Assembly (NCBI GenBank): GCA_038087875.1
Contig: CM075997.1
Location: 4,838,001 to 4,902,000 of the forward strand
Source: Malacoraja senta
Lineage: Eukaryota
Direction: 5' to 3'
DNA: 64,000 bases
Shown here in pieces: positions 38,245-50,472 of this stretch (position 1 is its first letter; each line of letters begins with the position of its first letter). The notes beneath the pieces are model-generated. The model was given only the letters and a program-made list of their open reading frames with translations. It did not search any database and was not told where the DNA came from. The translations under genes and the position numbers were made by a program.

Positions 38245-38700
38245 TGAAACGAGGGCCTTAGGAGCTGAATAAAACAAACTAGGAGCGCATGGGACGTGAG
38301 CTGGCACTCGTAGACCGGGAACTGCAGCCATGGTATGGCAGTAAACAGGCCACCACCACCATCTGAAGAATTAATACAGGGCTTAGAAGTCATAAATTTC
38401 GCTTCAACGCAAAACGGGAGAGGAAATCTGGCCCAGTGGCATTTACCAGGAAACTATAAAGAGGGCGTCAAATCAAAGGGCAAGGTTTGTCAAAATAAGT
38501 CAGCTAGAAGATACACAAAAATGCTGGAGAAACTCAGCGGGTGCAGCAGCATCTATGGAGCAAAGGAGATAGGCAACGTTTCGGGCCGAAACCCTTCGTC
38601 AGCTAGAAGATTTGGGCAATTTCTGTAATTTCCGAGTTCATCAATTGATAAAGAAAGGGGAAAATATGAGATAGGAAAATAATATATTTTCATATATTCT
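38245..38700 (+). mobile_element. Old degenerate CR1 ORF2 fragment (endonuclease-RT linker)
   Basis: MGRELALVDRE...EELIQGLEV...GNLAQW...KEGVKSKGK resembles the CR1 linker region; frameshifted. Confidence 0.45.
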
Positions 38701-39199
38701 TAGCTGTATTCTATATTCTTAGCACCCTCTAAGAATTCCATTGGCAACGCGACAAGTGAAGGAATATCTCAAGTTCATTAGGCAGGAGAAATTATAGGGG
38801 ATGTAACGAAATGGAAGATAAATTCTTGACTAGTACGTCAAGGGTGTCAGGGGTTATGGGGAGAAGGCAGTAGAATGGGGTTGAGAGGAAGAGAGATCAG
38901 CCACGGCTGAATGGCGGAGATGAGCCGATGGGTCTAATACTCCTACAAGTTATGAACTTGAATGTGAGAAATTCAAGAAATATTTTGTGTTTGTCTTAAT
39001 CGAGAGGCAGAAATGATGTAGGTGATAGTTGACAATAGACAATAGACTATAGGTGTAGGAGTTGGCCATTTGGCCCTTCGAGCCAGCATCGCCATTCAAT
39101 GTGATCATGGCTGATCATCCCCAATCAGTACCCCGTTCCTGCCTTCTCCCCATATCCCCTGACTCCGCTATTTTTAAGAGCCCTATCTAGCTCTCTCTT

Positions 39200-39530
39200 G
39201 AGAGGCCCTTGGCCAGAGTTGGGGAATCAAGAACCAGAGGACATAGGTTTAAGGTGAGGGGGGAAACGATTTAATAGGAACCTGAGGGATACATTTTTCT
39301 CACAAAGGGTGGTGGGTGTATGGAATGATCTGCCATAGGAGGTAGTTGAGGCTGGGATGAACTATCGCAACGTTTAAGAAATATTTAGACAGGTGCATGG
39401 ATAGGACAGGTTTAGAGGGATATGGGCCAAATGCAGGCAAGGTGGGACTAGAGTAGATGGGACATATTGGCCAGTGTGGGAAAGTTGGGCCAAAGGGCCT
39501 GTTTCCATGTTGTATGACTCAATGACTATG
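39200..39530 (+). mobile_element. CR1 3' fragment (GHRFKV subfamily)
   Basis: RVGESRTRGHRFKVRG...GLEGYGPNAG plus gactc/atgactatga tail. Confidence 0.8.
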
Positions 39531-40105
39531 AGAATCAGGAGGGAGATAATGGGCCTTTAACAGAGAATAGATTACAGGAAAACTTAGGGGCCAATGGTGG
39601 CATGGGCTTGATGGGCAAAACATAAATCCCATAAGTTCATAGGTTCACAAATTCATAAGGGATAGGAGCAAAATTAGGCCATTCGGCCCATCGTCTACTC
39701 CGCCATTCAATCATGGCTGATCTATCTCTCCCTCTCAACCCCATTCTTCTGCCTTCTCCCCATAACCCCCGACACCCATGATGTCACCCAGGGCGCAGCG
39801 GTAGAGTTGCAGCCTTACAGCGCTTGCAGCACCAGAGACCCGGGTTCCATCCCGACTGTCTGTACGGAGTTTGTACGTTCCCCCCGTGACCTGCGTGGGT
39901 TTCCTCTGAGATCTTCGGCTTCCTCCCACACTCCAAAGATGTGCAGGTTTGTAAGCTAATTAGCTTGCTATAAGTGTAAATTGTCCCTAGTGAGTGTAGG
40001 ATAGTGTTAGTGTGCCGGGATCGCTGGTCAGTGCGAACTTGGTGGGCCGAAGGGCATGATTCCATGCTGTATCTCTAAACTAAACTAAACCAAACTAAAG
40101 CCAAT

Positions 40106-40414
40106 AGGGCCTGTCCCACTTACACGATTTCTTTCGGTGACTTGTCTCCGAAAAAATTCAACATGTTGAAAATCCAGCGGGGACCAAAACAAGGTACGAC
40201 TCTTTGGGCGACTACTCACGCCCATACAGGCGTCACCCCGCGACATGTCGACACGTGACGCCTGTTTGGTCGTGAGTAGTCGCCCAAAGAGTCGTACCTT
40301 TTTCTGGTCGCCCCGCTGGATTTTCAACATTTGTCGAACATTTTCGGAGACCTGCTGCGACTATGACGGGTGCCGACTGTCTCCGAAAAAAATCACGTAA
40401 GTGGGACAGGCCCT
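40106..40414. mobile_element. Palindromic PIF/Harbinger-type MITE
   Basis: TIRs agggcctgtcccacttac / gtaagtgggacaggccct; long internal inverted repeat centred on gacatgtc. Confidence 0.85.
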
Positions 40415-42089
40415 TTACTAATCAAGAATCTTTCCATCTTCGCCTTATAAATATCTATTGACTTGGCCTCCACAGCCTCCAAAATACTTCTGAAGACCCT
40501 TTAGTGTGCCAATAATATCAGGAAAGGTGGAATATGTTTTAAGTGGTGAGAAAATGAAAAATGGTGGCGTTCAGAGGGACCAGCCAGCCCAGGCGACTAT
40601 TTGAGTGTGAGCCACAGAAGCAGATCTACAATCACGTTACAAACGCTCCACACTTTTAAATCTCTATTCCTTCAGCAACATTGTTTACTTTAACGAGGAT
40701 CTTCTTAAACTCCTCTCCAATCAGTCCATACCTTGGTCGTTGATCGGACTTTACGGGCTATACCTTGCACTAAACATTATTCCCTTATCATGTATCTGTA
40801 CACTGCAAATGGCTCCATTGTAATAGTCTTTCCGCTGGTAGACACAAAATGCTGGAGAAACTCAGCGGGTGAGGCAGCATCTATGTTGCGATGGAATAGG
40901 TGACCTTTTGGGTCGAGACCCTTCTTCAGACTGGGGAAGGGTCTCGACCCGAAACGTCACCTATTCCATCCCTCCATAGATGCTGCCTCACCCGCTGAGT
41001 TTCTCCAGCATTTTTGTCTACCTTCTCTTTAAGTTTAGGTCAGGTTAGTTGAGTTAAGAGAGACAGTGCGGAAACAGGCCCTGCTGCCCACTGGGTCCGC
41101 TGACTGGATAGCACGCAACAAAAGCTTTTCACTGTACACGTGACAATAAACTGAACTAAAATTGTAGGTGGTTAACTGAGAATAATTTGGAGAGCACAGG
41201 TAGGCTTTTGTTTCAAGAGAATTTAAAATCAAGAGTAGAGATTTCCTACTCAAATTGTATGTGGCCCCGTGAGACCACTTATGAAATATTGTGAACAGCT
41301 TTGCTTTGCCTACCATTAGTTTGAGTTTTAGAGATACAGCGTGGAAACTGGCCCTTCGGCCCATCGAGTCCATACCGACCAGCGATCACCCTGTACACTA
41401 ACACTATCCTACACACACTAGGGACAATTTACTTACAAAGGTGAATAGACACAAAAAGCTGGAGTAACTCAGCGGGACAGGCAGCATCTCTGGAGAGAAG
41501 GATTGGCTGACTCTTCATGTCAAGACCCTTTTTCAAACTGACTTCAGACAAACCCTACAAATGTACACGTCTTTGGGGTGTGGGAGGAAACCGGAGCACC
41601 CGTGGAAAACCCACGTGGTCAGGGAGTAAAAGGGCGGCACAGTGGGGCAGCTGGTAGAGCTGCTGACTCACTGCACCAGAGACGCGGGTTCGATCCTGAC
41701 TTCGGGTGCTGTCTGTGTGGAGTTTGCACGTTCTCCACGTGAACACGTGGGATTCCTCCGGGTGATCCGGTTTCCTCCCACATCCCAAAGACGTGCGGGT
41801 TTAGAGGTTAATTGGCTTTGGTATAATTGTAAATCATCCTTAGTGTGTGTGGGATAGTGTTAGTGAGCGGGGATCGAGGTCGGTGCGGACCCGATGGGCC
41901 GAAGGGCCTGTTTCCACGTTGTATCTCTAAACTAAACTAACTTTTAGTCTTCCCGACTGTTAAGTCTTGCTTCCAGTGTTGTTTCTCCAGAGGCAAGAGA
42001 ACCAATCTGTTCATTTTCACCGGATAGACGTACCTTCACATTGCCATGAAGAAATATTTGGAGAAGGTGAGGAAAATATCCTTTAGCAA

Positions 42090-42520
42090 AGAGTTAACAT
42101 ATGATGAACATTTGCCTCTATCCGCTGGAGTTTAGAAGGATGAGGGGGACCTCATCCAAACTTAGTGGATAATGAAAGGCCTGGATAGAGTGGATGTGGA
42201 GAGGATGTCTCCACTGGTGGGAGAGTCTAGGACCAGAGGTCACAGCCTCAGAATTAAAGGCCGTTCCATTAGAAAGGAGATGAAGAGGAATTTGTTTAGT
42301 CAGAGGGTGGTGAATCTGTGGAATTCATTGCCACCGAAGGCTGTGAGGCCAAGTCAATGGATATTTTGAAGCAGATTGTTGATTAGTACGGGTGTTAGAG
42401 GTTATGGGGAGAAGGCCGGAGAATGGGGTTAAGAGGGAGAGATAAATCAGCCATGATTGAATGACGGAGTAGACGTCATGGGCCGAATGGCCTAATTCTG
42501 CTCCTATCACTTATGAACTT
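42090..42520 (+). mobile_element. CR1 3' fragment
   Basis: MKGLDRVDVERMSPLVGESRTRGHSLRIKG...NLWNSLP. Confidence 0.85.
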
Positions 42521-42975
42521 ATTGGAGCATGGAATGACGGGGAGATTGTAACCTTCTCGGGAGAAGCTGGATAAAGGTTTAAAGCAAACTTGGCAGTTGT
42601 GGTGGGAGTTTCTTTGGACTCTTCTAGCAAGGAGGCCAATCAATTGAGGTCCTCTTTAGTGCTCATCCATTTAATTATTTGATACATTGAGTTACATTAA
42701 GTGCAAATGCCTGTGCATTTTACTGGAGTTATAATACGACGCAATCCTTTATAGATGTCCTTTTAGTTTTAATGTGTCAATGTTTCAATTTGGCTTCAGA
42801 TCGCAAACTAGAGTTCGCATTCTAATTAGTATCAGAATTTATCAATGCTTTTTAAGGAGGCACTTATACTGAAATGGTTCCTAATTCCCAGCACAACTGT
42901 CAGATGCAAGGTGAATTTGGGTTAAAAGTAACAGTAAAATGTATATCATACAAAAATCAGAAAATGGATCAGGCA

Positions 42976-43270
42976 GGGCGGCACGGTGGCGCAGCGGTAG
43001 AGTTGCTGCCTCACAGCGCCAGAGACCTGTATTCGATCCCGACTACGGGTGCTGTCTGTACGGAGTTTGTACCTTCTCCCCGTGACCTGCGTGGGTTTTT
43101 CCGGGATCTTCGGTTTCCTCCCGCACTCCAAAGACGTGCAGGTTTGTAGGTTAATTGGCTTGGGTAAAATTGTAAAATGTCCCTGGTGTGTGTAGGATGG
43201 TGTTAGTGTGCGGGGATCGCTGGGTGGGTGCAGACTCAATGAGCCGAAGGGCCTGTTCCCACTCTGTATC
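42976..43270 (+). mobile_element. tRNA-V SINE
   Basis: Consensus match. Confidence 0.85.
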
Positions 43271-44440
43271 GCCATAGTAAGATATAGGGGATAAGAGATC
43301 AGAGTCAAGTCAAGAGTGTTTTATTGTTGCATGTCCCAGATAGGACAATTAAATTCTTACTTGCTGCAGCACAAGAGAATACGTAAAGTTAGTACATAAC
43401 GGGAAAGAAAAAAAGTTCAGTGTTTGTATACACATGCACACATATTCAATAAATATCAAATATAGTGCAATAATAGTAATGTCTAAGAAGGAACTGCAGA
43501 TGCTGGAAAATCGAAGATAGACAAAAGAGCTGGAGAAACTCAGCGGGTGCGGCAGCATCTATGGAGCGAAGGAAATAGGCAACGTTTCGGCCCGAAACCC
43601 CAGGGTTTCTCCAGCACTTTTATCTACCTGCCATAATAGTAATAGTCTGTTCCAGTTCAGAGCATATCTGTTGTCGTGTTTAATAGCCTGATGGCTGTAG
43701 GGAAGTAGCTGTTCCTGAACCTGGACGTCAATAATCCCTAGAGTTTACAGGATAGTGTTAGTGTGTGGGATCAGTGGTCGGTGCGGACTCGGTGGGCCGA
43801 AGGGCCTGTTTCCACACTGCATCTCCAAACTAAACTAAACTAAACTAAGATCAATACTTTAAAAGATATATATTCCAAAATTGTTACTCTTTCACTGAAG
43901 TTCAAAGTCGAATTGCTCGTTGCAGCTCAGATGTGTACAGCGCAAGTCAGTGGATATTTTTAAGGCAGAGATAAATAGATACTTGGTTAGTACGGGTGTC
44001 AGTGGAGAGAAGGCAGGAGAATGGGGTTAGGAGGGAGGGATAGATCAGCCATGATTGAATGGCAGAGTAGACTTGATGGGCTGAATGGCCTAATTCTACT
44101 CCTATCACTTATGACCTTATGACCTTTAGGAGCTACAGGAGTTCTAGGAATACAGGAGCCTGACACCTGTCAAACCAGAGGGCAGAATTTTAAGGTGCAG
44201 GGGAAAAGATTTTATAGGTATCTGAGGGGAACCTTTTTCACACAAAGGGTGGTGGGTGTATGGAACGAGCTGCCGGAGGAGGTAGTTGAGGCTGGGACTA
44301 TCACAATGTCCAGGTTCTGGGACAGCTTCTTCCCTGCAGCCACCAGGCTATTAAACACTACAACCTCCACATAAACTCTGAACTACATAGACTTGGGGCA
44401 TTGGGTTTGTCTTTTTGCACTATTAATGTTTGGTTGTTTT

Positions 44441-44441
<1 letters not shown>

Positions 44442-44481
<40 letters not shown>

Positions 44482-44534
44482 TGTGTGTTGCCTGTGTGTG
44501 TGTGTGTGTGTGTGCGTATGTGTGTGTGTGTGTG

Positions 44535-44613
<79 letters not shown>

Positions 44614-44629
44614 CTGTGTGTGTGTGTGT

Positions 44630-44677
<48 letters not shown>

Positions 44678-45025
44678 GTACATATATGGATATGTGAACG
44701 CACACACCAACACACACATATATATATGTACACACACATACACACATATATAAACACATACATGCATACACACACACACATTTATACATACATGCACCAG
44801 ATAGAACATTGAAATTCTTACTCATATATAAATATGTATATATATGTGTGTGTGTGTATTTTTGTATGTTCTGCGTGTGTATATACATATAAACATACGC
44901 ATATATACATACACGCATATATACGCACACACATACATACATACAAGCACGCATACATACACACATGCATATATAAATGTGTGTGTATATATACATGTAT
45001 GTGTATGTGTGTGTGTGTATGCATG
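44442..45025. repeat. (TG)n and mixed TA/CA low-complexity tract
   Basis: Seen directly. Confidence 0.95.
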
Positions 45026-45695
45026 AATGAATGAATGAACATGTTTATTGGCCAAGTATTCACATACAAGGAATTTGCCTTGGTGCTCCGCCCGCAAGCG
45101 ACAACATGACACAGTGACAGTTAAGAATGAAACATAAAACATTAAGCATGTATGTATATATGTGTTATATATATATATATAATATATATATATATTTGTG
45201 TGCACACTGAAATTCTTTTCTCAGAAGGAGGGTCTCGACTCGAAACGTCACCCATATCCTTCTATCAAGAGATGCTGTCTGTCCCGCTGAGTTACTCCAG
45301 CTTGATGTGTCCATCTTTGTTTCTTGTTTATTATATTGTTCACAGATGACCATGTTTACATATTGTGCTGCTACAAGTAAAAATGTCATTGTTCTATCTG
45401 GGACATACGACAATAAAACACTCGTGACTCTCCACCCCCCCCTCCCCCCACCCCCCTTCCCCCTCTCCCCTCCCACCCACCACCCTCCCCAAAAGCCTTT
45501 CCAACAGGTGGTAAATGTAACAGGATGGCCTTCCTTCACCCGAGCAGTCGTGCTCTGTAGCTGGCAGCTCGATCACGGTTTGGAATAACAGCAGGCCGAC
45601 TCGAGTGGCAAATTGGCTGAGGTTCCAGAGGCTGCAAGTTCCTTCTCACCCATAAACAGGTTCAGACATTACTTGGCCGTTGCTCTGATCCCTTA

Positions 45696-45890
45696 AGGGC
45701 CTGTCCCACTTGGGCGTTATTTGCGCGTCATTTACGCGACATCATTTACTCGTCACATGGCACGTGGTGAGACGTGGTGATGTAAGCATTGACGCGCGAT
45801 CGCGCACGGCGCCCCAGGATTTTGGGATTCACGAAATCTTCGCGCGCCACCTGCGTGACACGCAAATGACACCCAAATGGGACAGGCCCT
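45696..45890. mobile_element. 195-bp PIF/Harbinger-type MITE
   Basis: agggcctgtcccacttggg / cccaaatgggacaggccct with TTA TSD. Confidence 0.85.
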
Positions 45891-46270
45891 TTACTGCAGT
45901 ATTAGCTGTAGACTGGCCAACAGCTCAGAGGATTTGATTTGTATGGGCTGAGGGTTTTATTACCCCCATTGATCCTTGGGGAGGCCATTTAGGACTGAGA
46001 TGAGGAAAAACTTGTTCACCCTGAGAGTTGTGAATCTGTGGAATTCTCTGCCACAGAAGGCAGTGGAGGCCAATTCACTGGATGTTTTCAAGAGAGAGTT
46101 AGATTTAGCTCTTAGGGCTAATGGAATCAAGGGATATGGGGATAAAGCAGGAACGGGTTACTGATTTTAGATGATCAGCCATGATCATATTGAATGGCGG
46201 TGCTGGTGCGAAGGGTCAAATGGCCTACTCCTGCACCTATTTTCTATGTTTCTCTGTTTCTATATATATA

Positions 46271-46535
46271 CTAGACCAAGGAGGACCCGTTGGGTCCCGT
46301 CCCCTCAACGCGCGGTTGAAGGGGGGTCAGCGGCTGGCCAGCGGTTATATTTGAAAAAAAAGTCAGATTGGTGAACAATTTTAGTAAAAAACCACAGGAA
46401 ATAATTAACCATATTTTCAGAGGAGTGGATTTTTGAAATAATAAGGTAAATCTCTACCGAAATATGTAAAATGTTCCCCGTTTTGGCGTCTGGTTTTCGA
46501 GGAGTGATTCAAAGTTGAAATGACACACACACAAG
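46271..46535 (-). mobile_element. Helitron-like non-autonomous element 3' end
   Basis: Minus strand reads GGACCC-AAC-GGGTCC hairpin, 8 nt, terminal CTAG, then T. Confidence 0.5.
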
Positions 46536-47576
46536 GCCGGTTCTCTGGTTACTTTCAAGAGAGAGCTAGATAGGGCTCTTAAAGATAGCGGAGTCAGGGG
46601 ATATGGGGAGAAAATAGGAACGGGGTACTGATTGGGGATGATCAGTCATGATCACATTGGCTCGAAGGGCCGAATGGCCTACTCTCACACCTATTGTCTA
46701 TTGTCTATTGTCTGCCTCACCCGCTGAGTTACTCCAGCATTTTGTGTCTACTTTCGATTTTATCCAGCATCTGCAGTTCTTTCTCACACAAGAATCTATC
46801 TATCTCTGCCTTAAAAACATCCGCTGACTTGGCCTCCACAGCCTTCTGTGGCAATGAATTCCACAGATTCACCACCCTCTGACTAAAGAAATGTAACTCT
46901 AATTGAATCCAAGTAACCCCTGCATTTCCTCTCTCTCCGTCCCTCCCCCACCCAAGTCCTCTTGCTAATATCACCATTTGTATCCCTTCGTTATCACCTC
47001 GTTCCCAGCCAACAATGGAGCATTGTGGGCTCCACCTTTCCTGAGATCGATGCAAGCTCTGCTTTGTTCTGTACCTTCTCATACCTCGTTTCCCCCTCCC
47101 CCGCCCCTGACTCTCAGCCTGATGAAGGATCTCGACCCAAAGCGTCACCTTAGTTTTTAGAGATACAGCATGGAAACAGGTCCTTCGGCCCACCGAGTCC
47201 GTGCCGACCAGCGATCCCTGCACACTAACACTATCCTACACACACTAGGGACAATTTACAATTTTACCAAGCCAATTAACCTACAAACCTGTACATCTTT
47301 GGAGTGTGTGAGGAAACCGGAGCAACCGGGGAAATCTCACGCAGGTCACGGGGAGAACGTACAAACTCCGTACAGACAGCACCCATAGTCAGGATCGAAC
47401 CCGCCTTTGGTGCTGTGAGGCAGCAACTCTACCGCTGTGCCACCAATATATACGGTATATTTATATATAGATTTGAATTGAATTGAATACTTTGCTGTCA
47501 CATGCGACAAGTCACAGTGAATGCTTTGCTTGCGTACACCAAGGTATGCAAATAGTCACCACATAAAGGGCGCTGA

Positions 47577-47745
47577 CAGGATGCAAGCAGAAGCCTCCAC
47601 GTGGCGCATCCCGGGCAATGCTGACGACAGGAACTGTACCGCAGTGACCGACTGAAGTAGCCAATTCTGCAACCACCGACCGTCAACACGTCACTGACCG
47701 ACCGGAAAGACGTGATATAAAAGATGGCCGGACACGAGGAAGAAG
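47577..47745 (+). mobile_element. Short retroposon with (GAA)n tail and 11-bp TSD
   Basis: TSD aagggcgctga at 47566-47576 and 47746-47756. Confidence 0.65.
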
Positions 47746-47974
47746 AAGGGCGCTGATGAAGTTACAAAGTTTGCGCCAGGTCCCCCTTTGATAGTTACCT
47801 ATCTGCGCCAGGTCCCCCTTTGTTCACCCCCACTCCCCCCACGCCAGTTCCACCATTGTTCTTCCCCCGGCAGCGACGTCCTCATTTCCACATGGTCCGC
47901 CCTCATCCGTTGCTGTGCCATTATCGACCGCTGTGCCGACCTCTCCACTATCCAAAGGAAGGTATATACAGTAT

Positions 47975-48505
47975 ATATGGTCCAATTCTATACGGCCATC
48001 GTAGAGTCTGTCCTCACAATCTCCATCATGGTCTGGTTTGGCTCAGCCACCAAGCACGACACCTGGAGGCTGCAGCGAATCGTCCGATCAGCTGAGAAGG
48101 TTATTGGCTGCAACCTTCCCTCCATTGATGAACTGTACACTGCAAGGGCCAGGAAGCGAGCGGGCAAGATCATCTCTGACCCCTCTCACCCTGGCCACAA
48201 ACTCTTTGAATCACTTCCCTCTGGAAGGCGACTCCGGACTGTCAAAGCTGCCACAGCCAGACATAAAAACAACTTTTTATCCACGAGTAGTAGCTCTACT
48301 CAATAACCAAAAATCTGTAGCCTCCTTTCGCTCTGGTATTTTATTTAATTCACATGTTAAATCAATAATGTTTTATTATTAATGTTTAATGTTTTATGTA
48401 TCATTCCTAACTGTCACTGTATGTCAAGTTGTCACTTGCGGGTGGAGCACCAAGGCAAATTCCTTGTATGTGAATACTTGGCCAATAAACTTATTCATCA
48501 TTCAT
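47975..48505 (+). mobile_element. Rex1/Babar-like LINE 3' fragment
   Basis: FYTAIVESVLTISIMVWFGS...RLQRIVRSAEKVIG...DPSHPGHKLFESLPSGRRLR; (ttca)n-type tail. Confidence 0.8.
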
Positions 48506-49116
48506 CATATATATATGTATGTATATATATATTCCTTCTCTCTAGAGACCCTGCCTGGCCTGTTGAGTTACTCCAGCACTTTGTGTCTATCTTCAATATT
48601 ACGCAGTGCAATGAAACATATTCCCCAATGATCTGCTTGGTCACACTCCAGAGCAAAGTTAATCTGGCCCGAGCATAACTCCAAGCCCTTGCTGGTCCCC
48701 ATTGCCATAAGTGAATCTGGCTGAGTTCACTGCTGAGTTATCATGTCCACCTGGATCATCAAGTAATTCCTCGCAGCATGTTTGGAGCTGACGTCACTCA
48801 GCAATGAACATTCCCGCAATCCACTCCCATGATGCAGATTTTAGTTTTAGTTTAGAGATACAGCGCAGAAACAGGCCCTTCGGCCCATCGAGTTCGCACC
48901 GACCAGTGATCCCCGCACACTAACACTATCCTACACACACACACACACACGAGGGACAATTTTACATTTACACCGAGCCAATTAACCAACAAACCCGTAC
49001 GTCTTTAGATTGTGGGAGGAAGCCCACGCAGGTCACGGGGAGAACGTGCAAACACCCTACAGACAGCACCCGTAGTCGGGATCGAACGTGGGTCTCTGGC
49101 GCTGTAAGCGACGTAA

Positions 49117-49642
49117 AGGGGCCTGTCCCACTTGGGCGACCTAATCCGCGAGTTCTGGCGAGTTTGCCCTCGACTCATACCCGCAGCATGGTCGACAGGA
49201 GGTCCGAGGTCTTTGTAACTCTCCTTCATGCTCGAGGGTGGTCCCCGCGTACTCGAGGCCTCAGCTAGGTCGCGGCATATTTTCAACGTTGAAAAATGCC
49301 CGCGAGTAAAAAAAGGTGGCCATGGGAAAAAATCAATACTTTTTTACTCGTAGGTTTAGTCGAAGTAGGTCGTAGTAGGTCGGCATGTTAGTCGTAGGTA
49401 ATCGAGGGTAGTCGAAGATAATCGTAGATAGTCTTCATCATAGTTGAAGAGAGGTCGAAGGAGATCGAGCGACGTCGTCTTCACTCTCCACTATTCGGTG
49501 TCCAATTTTCCTGAAGCCAGTCGCAGCTAGTCGTAGCTAGTCTTCTACATAGTCGAAGGAGGTCTTCAACATGACATTTGTTCAAACTCTCCTAAACTCT
49601 TCTAAACTCGACAATTATGGTCGCTGCAGTGGGACAGCCCCT
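49117..49642. mobile_element. PIF/Harbinger-type MITE inserted in a minus-strand SINE (48840-49679)
   Basis: TIRs aggggcctgtcccact / agtgggacagcccct; TAA TSD; inverted relative of 2302-3075. Confidence 0.8.
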
Positions 49643-49818
49643 TAAGGCAGCGACTCGACTGCTGCGCCACCGTGCCGCCCTTGGCCGATGTTGAAAACAC
49701 TAGAGGCCATTTAAAGATGTTCACATTCAAACTGCCCTTTGATGCAGCAAACAGCAGTGAGGTCTCCGTCAATCGTGGGAGATTGTTCCTGCCTGTGACT
49801 CACAGATTGGCACAGCTC

Positions 49819-50472
49819 CTCCCTCACTCCCACTCCCACTCCATCCCCCTCTCCCACTCCCACTCCATCCCCCTCTCCCATTCCCACTCCCCCACTCCCA
49901 CCCCCACTCCCACTCTCCCTCTCCCACTCCCACTCCAACTCCCCCACTCCCACTCCCCACTCCCACTCTCCCACTCCCACTCCCACTCCAACTCCCCCAC
50001 TCCCACTTCCACTCCCACTCTCCCACTCCCACTCCATCCTCCTATCCCACTCCCACTCTCCCACTCCCCCACTCCCACTCCCACTCCCACTCCCACTCTC
50101 CCACTCCCTCTCCCACTCCCACTCCAACTCCCCCACTCCCACTCCCACTCCCACTCTCCCAGCTCCCACTCCAACTCCCCCACTCCCACTCCCACTCCCA
50201 CTCCCACTCCCTCTCCCACTCCCACTCCCACTCCCACTCCCACCCCTACTCCCACTCCCACTCCCCCACTCCCACTCCCACTCCCACTCCCTCTCCCACT
50301 CCCACTCCCACTCCCACTCCACCCCTACTCCCACTCCCACTCCCTCTCCCACTCCACTCTCCCACTCCCACTCCCTCCCACTCCCACTCCCACTCCCACT
50401 CCCACTCCCCCACTCCCACTCTCCCACTCCCACTCCCACTCCCACCCCACCCCCACTCCCACTCCCACTCCC
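49819..50472. repeat. (CCCACT)n hexamer satellite, about 650 bp
   Basis: Seen directly. Confidence 0.95.

Noticed and set aside
41991..42066. Possible 76-nt exon (tttctccag|AGG...GAAG|gtgagg) reading RQENQSVHFHRIDVPSHCHEEIFGE
   Set aside because: Splice signals are plausible but I do not recognise the peptide and found no partner exons; needs RNA-seq or BLASTX.
48789..48796. CRE palindrome TGACGTCA
   Set aside because: A single 8-mer is expected by chance in 64 kb.
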